Shown one piece after another: positions 47,842-55,599 of a DNA stretch of 56,760 nt. The stretch is from Aestuariivirga sp. Lineage in GTDB: Bacteria; Pseudomonadota; Alphaproteobacteria; Rhizobiales; Aestuariivirgaceae. Below the pieces are notes generated by a model, which ran no database searches, was not told the origin of the DNA, and saw nothing but the letters and a program-made list of their open reading frames with translations. Each line of letters opens with the position of its first letter. Position 1 is the first letter of the stretch. The stretch covers positions 1 to 56,760 of the forward strand of contig JBDSTO010000073.1 of the NCBI GenBank assembly GCA_039928255.1. The letters are read 5' to 3'. The position numbers and the translations under genes are program-made.

Positions 47842-48811
47842 CCTGCTGCCCACGCACTTCCGCAATCTGCTTCATCCAAAACGCGAATATTGCAGCAGCC
47901 GAGCTCGCCATTGCACTGGATAGACCGTTGCGGAGCGTGGGGGTTGGGAAGGCCTCCATCAAATCGGGAGAACGATGCTTTTCGGTGTCTTTCTGAAACC
48001 TGGCGTATAATTTTGTTGCGGGTTCATCAAAATAATTTTCAGGCATAGGTGGATAATCTTCGCGCGTACCATTGAGATAGCGTTCCACATCGCGGCGATA
48101 TTCCTTGGCCAGCGAGAGACTTGAATATTCGGGATGGCCTTGCAGGAACAGAAAACGAGACGGCGTTGATTTCATGAATGTATCAACTTCACCGGTCGAA
48201 TTCTCCGAGATGATTTGATAACCCGCCTCTTTCAATCCTGCCTTAGGCACTTCATTGAGGCGCGAGTGGCAAATCACCAATGAATTTGGGAGTGCTGTAT
48301 TTTTGTCTTGCAGCTCACAGCGAAAGGCACCGGAACGCTTTGCCGGAAGGCGCTGGCGCTCAATCTTGTCGAGATGCAAGACTACCGCGTGTGCCGCGAG
48401 GCACGACCAGAATGTGCTGGCTGTATTATAACGGGCCCAATCAATGAGTGCTGACATTTCGTGCCAGTATGGTTCTTGATCAAGTTTTGCGGCGCGTGGC
48501 TCATTCCCCGTCACAATCAATGCGTCGATACCGTTGCGATAGAGTTCAGCCACCGGACGATAGCGGCTCCGAAGAATTTGTGAGCCCGCTTCGCCGCGGG
48601 TGAGGCTAGGCAAATAGAAAAGATCCAACTTGATGCGGCCGCCGGTTGCCTCGGAGACCAACTGGGAAAATTGTTGTTCAGTGGCCAGCAAGGCACCGTC
48701 GGGCATGTTGTTGACCAGACCAATGCGCAGACCCGCGAATTTTTCTTCGGATTCAGAGGGCAGCCTGCCGACAGATTTTGTCAGCTTTGCGAGATCGAAG
48801 CGGACTGTCAT
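47825..48811 (-). CDS. metA: Homoserine O-acyltransferase-like protein (MetA/HTS family, divergent)
   Basis: IGLVNNMPD, ATEQQF, ALIVTG, PYW, WSCLAAHA (catalytic Cys), HSR, QGHPEY, EYRRD. Confidence 0.8.
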   Translation of the reverse strand: MTVRFDLAKLTKSVGRLPSESEEKFAGLRIGLVNNMPDGALLATEQQFSQLVSEATGGRIKLDLFYLPSLTRGEAGSQILRSRYRPVAELYRNGIDALIVTGNEPRAAKLDQEPYWHEMSALIDWARYNTASTFWSCLAAHAVVLHLDKIERQRLPAKRSGAFRCELQDKNTALPNSLVICHSRLNEVPKAGLKEAGYQIISENSTGEVDTFMKSTPSRFLFLQGHPEYSSLSLAKEYRRDVERYLNGTREDYPPMPENYFDEPATKLYARFQKDTEKHRSPDLMEAFPTPTLRNGLSSAMASSAAAIFAFWMKQIAEVRGQQVMRQA

Positions 48812-48828
48812 GATTTCATGCCCATCCG

Positions 48829-50133
48829 TTATTCAGCCGCCAAAATTGCGGGCTTTTTACCCACGGCGACTGCCAATGCCTGATCAAGATCTGCAATAAT
48901 ATCATCGACATGTTCAATGCCAATGCTGAGGCGGATCATCTCCGGGCGCACGCCAGCCTTCGCCTGATTTTCAGGTGACATCTGACGGTGCGTGGTTGAA
49001 GCAGGATGGCAGGCCAGTGATTTTGCATCACCGATATTGACGAGCCGCGTCACCAACTGAAGTGCGTCATAGAATTTTTTGCCAGTCTCCAGGCCGCCCT
49101 TCACGCCGAAGGTGAACAGTGATGAAGCCTTGCCACCCAAATATTTTTGCGCCAACTCATAGTAAGGATTGTCGGGCAGGCCTGCATGATTGACCCACAT
49201 GACGCGCGGATCATTGCTCAGATATTGCGCGACCTTCAATGCATTTTCGACGTGGCGCTCCATGCGAAGCGCCACCGTTTCAATGCCTTGCAAAAGCAGG
49301 AAGGCACTGAAAGCGGGCAGGATGGCGCCCGTGTTGCGCAAGTAAACACTGCGGCAGCGCTCGATATAAGCGCGCGCACCGAAACGTTCGGCGTAGACAA
49401 GACCGTGATAGGATGGATCGGCAGTGTTGAATTGCGGGAAGCGCTTGGCGTGTTCGGCCCAGGGGAAGCGGCCTGAATCAATGATGGCGCCGCCCATGGT
49501 GGTGCCGTGTCCGCCGAGGAATTTTGTTACTGAATGGACCACAATGTCCGCGCCATAATCAATAGGGCGCAGGAGGACCGGTGTGGCCACGGTGTTATCG
49601 ACAATCAGAGGTACACCATGGCGATGGGCAACTTTTGCCAACGCTTCAATGTCACAGATGTTGCCCGCCGGATTGCCAACGCTTTCGCAGAAAACGGCAC
49701 GAGTCTGGTCGTCAATCAAAGCTTCGATGTCAGCGGCCTTGTCGCCGGAAGCAAATTTCGGATGAATGCCCTGTTTGGTAAGGATGTGAGTGAATAGCGT
49801 GTGCGTGGTGCCATAGAGCTGTGGCACGGAAACGATGTTGCCGCCACAGTCCGCAACATTGGCCAAGGCATAATTCAGCGCGGCTTGTCCAGTGGCAACA
49901 GCCATCGCACCAACGCCCCCTTCCAATGCGGCGAGACGCTTCTCCAACACATCGACGGTTGGGTTGGCGATGCGGCTGTATCGGTAACCTTCCGCTTCAA
50001 GATTGAAAAGCGCTGCGCCATGGTCTGCACTATCGAACGTGTACGCCACAGTCTGATAGATGGGCACGGCCACGGCCTTGGTGGTTTCCTCAGCTTCATA
50101 GCCTGCGTGAATGGCAATTGTTTCGGCGCGCAT
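48829..50133 (-). CDS. metY: O-acetylhomoserine aminocarboxypropyltransferase (sulfhydrylase)
   Basis: PIYQT, YSRIANPT, DNT, HSVTKFLGGHG (PLP Lys), NIGDAKSL, HPASTTHRQ, RLSIGIE. Confidence 0.92.
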   Translation of the reverse strand: MRAETIAIHAGYEAEETTKAVAVPIYQTVAYTFDSADHGAALFNLEAEGYRYSRIANPTVDVLEKRLAALEGGVGAMAVATGQAALNYALANVADCGGNIVSVPQLYGTTHTLFTHILTKQGIHPKFASGDKAADIEALIDDQTRAVFCESVGNPAGNICDIEALAKVAHRHGVPLIVDNTVATPVLLRPIDYGADIVVHSVTKFLGGHGTTMGGAIIDSGRFPWAEHAKRFPQFNTADPSYHGLVYAERFGARAYIERCRSVYLRNTGAILPAFSAFLLLQGIETVALRMERHVENALKVAQYLSNDPRVMWVNHAGLPDNPYYELAQKYLGGKASSLFTFGVKGGLETGKKFYDALQLVTRLVNIGDAKSLACHPASTTHRQMSPENQAKAGVRPEMIRLSIGIEHVDDIIADLDQALAVAVGKKPAILAAE

Positions 50134-50310
50134 CTTTCAATCCTCGGCGGGGCACAGCAGGGGTGAGCTGTTGCCCATTCTATTCTTCGGGTCACATTTT
50201 GCGGAAAAGTTTCCTTATAAACCCTAATGATTCATGGTTTATGCGGATAAATTAATTAGAGTTTTCCGTCATTAACCAATGGCCGACACAGAGGCTGTAA
50301 AGCTTCGACC

Positions 50311-52047
50311 ATGGCGATGGTGAATTCAAAAGAGAGCGAAAACGTGCCGGATATTTCACCTCAACGCAGTGCAGCCCTTGCCTGGAGCGATGCGCTGATG
50401 GCCACCGCATCAATCGAGCAACATCCGCAAAGACTTCTGGCCGATATTATCCTGGCGCGCGCGGAGAGCCACGGGGCTGATCCCGCTCTTCTTTCAGACC
50501 GTGAAAGTTTTAATTTTTCTGATCTCGCAATCCGCATTGGCACATACCAGGTCTGGGCCAATGCCAACGGTCTGGGGAAGGGTGACACTGTCGCCTTGAT
50601 GATGGCCAATAGGCCAGACTATGTGGCCGCCTGGCTTGGACTTTCGCGCGCCGGTGTGATCGTGGCGCTCATCAATACCTCGTTGCGCGGCGAAAGCCTC
50701 GCTCACGCCATTCGCGTTTCGACGGCGAAGCGTGTGATTGCTGATGAAGAATTTCGCGATCACGTGGCCCTCTCGGGAGAGGCGGTCGTTATCAACGCAC
50801 CGCCGCAATCAAATGGTGGCGTTCCACCTTCTGAAAATGTTGCGATTTCTGATCGTGCCTTGCTGATCTACACGTCGGGAACAACTGGCCTGCCCAAGGC
50901 GTCGGTGGTTAGTCATCGCCGCGTTCTGAATTGGGCGTTGTGGTTCCAGGGACTTCTCGGCAATTCAGAAACTGATCGCATCTATAATTGTCTACCGCTC
51001 TATCACAGCGTTGGCGGCGTCGTGGCCGTAGCAGCCACCTTGGCCGCTGGCGGGTCCACTGTCATTGCGGTCAAGTTTTCTGCATCAAATTTCTGGAATG
51101 ACATCAGGCGTTGGCAATGCACCCAGTTCCAATATATCGGGGAATTGTGCCGCTATCTCTTGGCCCAACCTCCTTCTGACCTGGATGGCGTTCATAATTT
51201 GCGCCTTGCTGTTGGCAATGGCTTGCGGCCCGACATCTGGCCAGAGTTCGTTAAACGTTTTCGCATTCCACAGATTGTGGAATTTTATGCGGCAACTGAG
51301 GGCACGTTCTCGCTTTATAATGTGCAAGGCCCTGTCGGTTCGATTGGCAAAATTCCATCTTTCCTTCGGCATCGTTTCAAGGTCGCCTTGATCAAGCATG
51401 ATGAAACGGGGGAGCCACAACGAGGCGGCGATGGACATTGCGTTTCGGCGGCGGTGAATGAACCAGGCGAAGCAATTGGACTCATTGCAAATCCCACGCA
51501 ATTTGAGGGCTACACCGACATTGCAGAAACAAACCGTAAGGTTCTTGGCAATGTTTTTGAAACGGGCGATACGTGGTTTCGTACCGGCGACATGATGCGC
51601 GCCGACAAAGCCGGAAACTATTTCTTTGTTGATCGCATGGGTGACACGTTCCGCTGGAAGGGCGAGAATGTCTCCACACTCGAAGTTGCCAACGCACTGT
51701 CAAAGATTCCTGGCGTGAAGGACGCGGTGGTCTATGGCGTGTCCATCCCGAAGGCTGATGGCAAGGCAGGCATGGCGTCGCTTGAAGTTAATGAAAACTT
51801 CCGAGTTGAAAGTTTCGCTTCAGACATCAAGGCCTCATTGCCTAATTATGCCGTGCCGCTGTTCTTGAGGCTGAGTGGCAAGACGCAAGTGACTGAAACC
51901 TTCAAGCACAAGAAGAATGAACTTGCGGCCGCGGGGTTTGATCCTGCGGCGGATAGCGACCCTGTCTATGTGCTTTTGAAGGGTTCCTATCGAAAACTCG
52001 ATGATGTCATCTATCAGCAGATTCTGTCCGGCGAAATCAGGCTCTAG
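50311..52047 (+). CDS. Long-chain acyl-CoA synthetase (FATP/VLACS family)
   Basis: IYTSGTTGLPK, LPLYH, QYIGELCRYL, EFYAATEG, DRMGDTFRWKGENVST. Confidence 0.92.
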   Translation: MAMVNSKESENVPDISPQRSAALAWSDALMATASIEQHPQRLLADIILARAESHGADPALLSDRESFNFSDLAIRIGTYQVWANANGLGKGDTVALMMANRPDYVAAWLGLSRAGVIVALINTSLRGESLAHAIRVSTAKRVIADEEFRDHVALSGEAVVINAPPQSNGGVPPSENVAISDRALLIYTSGTTGLPKASVVSHRRVLNWALWFQGLLGNSETDRIYNCLPLYHSVGGVVAVAATLAAGGSTVIAVKFSASNFWNDIRRWQCTQFQYIGELCRYLLAQPPSDLDGVHNLRLAVGNGLRPDIWPEFVKRFRIPQIVEFYAATEGTFSLYNVQGPVGSIGKIPSFLRHRFKVALIKHDETGEPQRGGDGHCVSAAVNEPGEAIGLIANPTQFEGYTDIAETNRKVLGNVFETGDTWFRTGDMMRADKAGNYFFVDRMGDTFRWKGENVSTLEVANALSKIPGVKDAVVYGVSIPKADGKAGMASLEVNENFRVESFASDIKASLPNYAVPLFLRLSGKTQVTETFKHKKNELAAAGFDPAADSDPVYVLLKGSYRKLDDVIYQQILSGEIRL

Positions 52048-52943
52048 GCCAAGGCTTCGGCGAGTTCCTTGCCGATGCCGATCAGCGCCTCTTCAGCTTG
52101 GGGAATGAAGGCGGTGAGCGCGTAGAAGGAATGGATCATTCCGGCGTGGCTGGTAAAACGCACATTGGCACCAAGTTTGGTGAGATGGGCAGCAAGGGCC
52201 TTTGCCTCATCGTGGAAAGGATCAAACTCTGCGGCATGAATGATGGTGGTGGGCAGTTGCGCAAAGCCTTTCACGCGCAGCGGCGAGGGCAGGTCGGTCA
52301 CAACGCCTGTTGGCCCCAGACAATGTGCAACGTCTGCGGCAATCGTATCGGCGTCAATCATATAGCCTTTTGCGAGTTCCAACCTTGATCCGCCACTGAA
52401 TGCAAGATCGACCACCGGGCAAAGCAGCAGTTGCGCTTTGATTTTTATGGCCTTCAACTCGGTGCTGGCCGAAGCCAGAACGGCCAGGAGTGCCCCCACA
52501 GACTCGCCACCAATGGCGAGTTTCGTGATATCAAGGCCGAGTTGGTGAGCATGGTCATGCACCCATTTAAACGCCCGCACCGCGTCGTCATATTGGGCGG
52601 GGAAACGGGCCTCGGGCGCCAGTCGGTAATCGACTGCGACCACATTCACGTTGGAATTTGCCGCCAATCTTCGACACAGGCCGTCATGGGTATCGAGGCT
52701 TCCCGCCACCAACCCACCGCCATGGAAGAACACAAGTGCCGCTTTTGCTTGGGAGCTGGGCCGATAGACCCGCAACGGCAAACCAGAAGTGTTAAGATTT
52801 TCAACAGCCATATCCGGTCCCTTGCGGTCGGCCATGGCCATGAGTTTGGCAAAACTCTCGCGGCGTTGTTCGGCGGATTCGATTCTGGCGTCCGAAAGCG
52901 CCAACATGTCGAGCAGCCGTTTGGCGCGGGGGTCAATCGGCAT
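52044..52943 (-). CDS. HSL-family alpha/beta hydrolase (esterase)
   Basis: HGGG oxyanion motif, DYRLAPE, GESVG nucleophile, D...HSF triad. Confidence 0.92.
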   Translation of the reverse strand: MPIDPRAKRLLDMLALSDARIESAEQRRESFAKLMAMADRKGPDMAVENLNTSGLPLRVYRPSSQAKAALVFFHGGGLVAGSLDTHDGLCRRLAANSNVNVVAVDYRLAPEARFPAQYDDAVRAFKWVHDHAHQLGLDITKLAIGGESVGALLAVLASASTELKAIKIKAQLLLCPVVDLAFSGGSRLELAKGYMIDADTIAADVAHCLGPTGVVTDLPSPLRVKGFAQLPTTIIHAAEFDPFHDEAKALAAHLTKLGANVRFTSHAGMIHSFYALTAFIPQAEEALIGIGKELAEALA

Positions 52944-53040
52944 TTACCAAATATCCCGGTTGTTCTGGCGTCGTCACGGGCCATTTACGAATTACAGAGA
53001 TGCTTGAGGCCATACCGCCATTTCGCAAGGAGCGCCTTTT

Positions 53041-53490
53041 ATGTCAACCAAACCTGTATCGTTCTCGAAATCAGATGTGGAATTGCAACCCTCGCCTATA
53101 ACAGCGGCATGGATCATCGACGGCAAACCACAGGCGCGCAGCAAAATCCTGTCCACGAGTGAAGATCAGACGGCTTGCACTATTGTTTGGGATTGCAGCA
53201 AGGGCAAATTCAACTGGTATTATGATTTTGATGAAACAGTTCACATCATCGAAGGTTCGGTCAAAATTGAGGATGGCCACAGCCCCCTGAAAAAGCTGGG
53301 GCCAGGTGATGTGGTATTCTTTCCTGCAGGCTCGCACGCCGTTTGGACGGTTGATAAATATGTGCGCAAAGTTGCTTTCTGCCGCAAGATTTTACCGGCA
53401 CCCATCGGCGCACTGGTTCGCGTGGCACGCGCGGTCAAACGCAAGTTGAAGCCCGCGCCTGCCGGCGGCTCGTTGATGGGAGCAAACTGA
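53041..53490 (+). CDS. Cupin-domain protein (DUF861/Cupin_3)
   Basis: WIIDGKPQAR, WDCSKGKFNW, DETVHIIEG, GDVVFFPAG, VRK. Confidence 0.85.
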   Translation: MSTKPVSFSKSDVELQPSPITAAWIIDGKPQARSKILSTSEDQTACTIVWDCSKGKFNWYYDFDETVHIIEGSVKIEDGHSPLKKLGPGDVVFFPAGSHAVWTVDKYVRKVAFCRKILPAPIGALVRVARAVKRKLKPAPAGGSLMGAN

Positions 53491-53494
53491 CATC

Positions 53495-54376
53495 GTGCCA
53501 AAGCCAGTCCGCAAAGCGACATACACGCCCACATGGACCTATTTTGATGGGCGCTGGGCGGAAGGCAATGTCGCCATTCTGGGTGCCCGCAGCCATGGGT
53601 CGTGGCTGGGTTCCACCATCTTTGATGGCGCGCGCAAATTTGAGGGTGTGACGCCTGATCTTGATTTGCACATGAAGCGCATCAATGAGTCCGCCCGCCG
53701 CTTTGATCTTGTGCCGCTCGTTTCAGAAGACGAATGGATGGCGCTTGCTGCGGAAGGCATGGCGAAGTTTGAAGCCAAAAAGGCGCTTTATATTCGACCC
53801 ATGTATTGGGCCGAGATGGGTGGAAGCGGGGGCGGCGTAAAGCATGATCCTGAATCAACCAACTGGTGCTTGTGCATCTATGAAGCGCCCATGCCCCAGC
53901 CGGGGAGCCTGACGGTGACTCTCTCGCCGTTTCGTCGCCCCAGCCCGGATACCGCCCCTGTGGACGCCAAGGCAGGTTGCCTTTATCCCAACAATGCGCG
54001 CGCCTTGGGCGAGGCGATTTCGCGTGGCTTTACCAATTGTCTGGTTCCCGATGTTCTGGGCAACGTTGCGGAATTGGCCAATGCCAATATATTCATGGCG
54101 CTGGGCGGTGAAGTTTTCACACCCGTTCCCAATGGGACATTTCTGGACGGCATTACGCGGCAACGCGTGATTAAGTTGCTGCGTGGTGCCGGTGTTACGG
54201 TTCATGAGGCGGCGCTACGCCATCGTGATTTTCTGGAAGCGGATGAGATTTTCTCATCGGGCAATTTTTCGAAGGTTCTCCCCGTTACGCGCGTGGAAAG
54301 CCGGGAATTACAACCTGGCCCGCTCTATAACAAAGCGCGCCGCCTCTATTGGGATTACGCTCACGGGAAGCTTTGA
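53495..54376 (+). CDS. PLP-dependent class IV (branched-chain-type) aminotransferase
   Basis: FDGAR, HMKR, YIRP, AKAGCLY (PLP Lys), FLDGITR. Confidence 0.9.
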   Translation: MPKPVRKATYTPTWTYFDGRWAEGNVAILGARSHGSWLGSTIFDGARKFEGVTPDLDLHMKRINESARRFDLVPLVSEDEWMALAAEGMAKFEAKKALYIRPMYWAEMGGSGGGVKHDPESTNWCLCIYEAPMPQPGSLTVTLSPFRRPSPDTAPVDAKAGCLYPNNARALGEAISRGFTNCLVPDVLGNVAELANANIFMALGGEVFTPVPNGTFLDGITRQRVIKLLRGAGVTVHEAALRHRDFLEADEIFSSGNFSKVLPVTRVESRELQPGPLYNKARRLYWDYAHGKL

Positions 54377-54379
54377 GTT

Positions 54380-55264
54380 TCAGATTTCAAAGATCGAAAA
54401 TTCGGTGTCGGCCAGATCGCAGAGTTGTGGCTGGTGCGGACCTTTGACAAATTTGCGGCCGCGTTTCTCAGTGTAAAATCCCGATAGTCCGGGGATGGGC
54501 GCGTTGGCATCAAATGCCAGCAGGGGCGCTGCCTTGGTTGCGAAATGACGGCCGAAATTGCCAGCAAGCCTTATAAGTTCCGTCTGGCTTGGTGCATGGA
54601 TTACAAACATCGCGGGAAGTTTGATAAGACCAGAGCGCATGGCAAAACGGCGAAATACGAACCCTGACAATTTGCTCGCTTCTTCCGCGACCAGCACCGT
54701 GCATCCCCATTGGGCGTGGCGCTCCAGCAGTTCGAAATCAGGAAGCTTGCGAACATCGGCGCGTGTCTCCATCGTGGAAAAATTCGAAATGACAACGCCG
54801 GCTTGGGGGCGCGCCAGAGCGGCGGCCGCGAAGAACAGTCCGTTGCAATATTTACGGTAGCCTTGTTTTTCGACAACGTCCCACGTGCTGGGTGCCGCTG
54901 TCACATTGGTATAGCTGGTGGCACGGTTCTTCAAAGCCATGGCGGCCAGTTGATGAGCATAAGCCCGGAACTCAGGCTTTACATACCAGCTGGCCAAATT
55001 GGTGAAATTGCCCATCGCGCCGTCAATCATGCGCGCGCTGGCGATCATAAGGATAACGCCGACTAAAGCGCCATCAGCGTCCAGGCAATAGCCGAACTGC
55101 GGCGCATTTTCTGGTACTTTGCGCCCCTGCATGCGGTCAAGTCCAACTTTCCAATGGGCAGCTTTGCGGCGCGGGAAGCCTCCAGCGAGCAGAGTTGCAA
55201 CGGCGGCCAGATCCATCTCAGTGATCTGTCGGCAACGGATTTTGGCGGGGGCAGGCGCTAGCAT
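54380..55264 (-). CDS. GNAT-fold acyltransferase-like protein
   Basis: IRCRQIT, GALVGVI, NLASWYVKPEFR motif A-like; ATG 55264 (GTG 55276 alternative). Confidence 0.7.
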   Translation of the reverse strand: MLAPAPAKIRCRQITEMDLAAVATLLAGGFPRRKAAHWKVGLDRMQGRKVPENAPQFGYCLDADGALVGVILMIASARMIDGAMGNFTNLASWYVKPEFRAYAHQLAAMALKNRATSYTNVTAAPSTWDVVEKQGYRKYCNGLFFAAAALARPQAGVVISNFSTMETRADVRKLPDFELLERHAQWGCTVLVAEEASKLSGFVFRRFAMRSGLIKLPAMFVIHAPSQTELIRLAGNFGRHFATKAAPLLAFDANAPIPGLSGFYTEKRGRKFVKGPHQPQLCDLADTEFSIFEI

Positions 55265-55347
55265 ATGCTTAACCACAACTAGAGTAGAATTCCATTCAAC
55301 TTTGCAGAATGCCTATATGTGACTGCAAATATGAAGGAGCGGTATAG

Positions 55348-55599
55348 ATGGCGGCAAGAGATATTGTGATTGCCCAAATCGAGCAGGTGGCAGCCCAGCA
55401 GAGCAAGAAACTTCGTCCGCTCACTGATGATCTAAACTTGCTTGATTCAGGTCTCGACTCTTTGTGTTTTGCCATTCTGGTGGCGAGGCTAGAAGACAAG
55501 ATGGGCTTTGATCCTTTCACGGTTTCTGATGATGTTGAATTTCCCGTGACGCTTGGCGATTTCATCCGGGCCTATGAGAATGCCCCCACGCAAGCCTGA
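55348..55599 (+). CDS. Acyl carrier protein
   Basis: LDSGLDSLCFA (Ppant Ser), FPVTLGDF; AAGGAG RBS. Confidence 0.9.
   Translation: MAARDIVIAQIEQVAAQQSKKLRPLTDDLNLLDSGLDSLCFAILVARLEDKMGFDPFTVSDDVEFPVTLGDFIRAYENAPTQA

Noticed and set aside
50134-50310. SAM riboswitch upstream of metY
   Set aside because: Only a single hairpin (50150-50176) is visible, with no SAM-II or SAM-SAH consensus recognised; cmscan would be decisive
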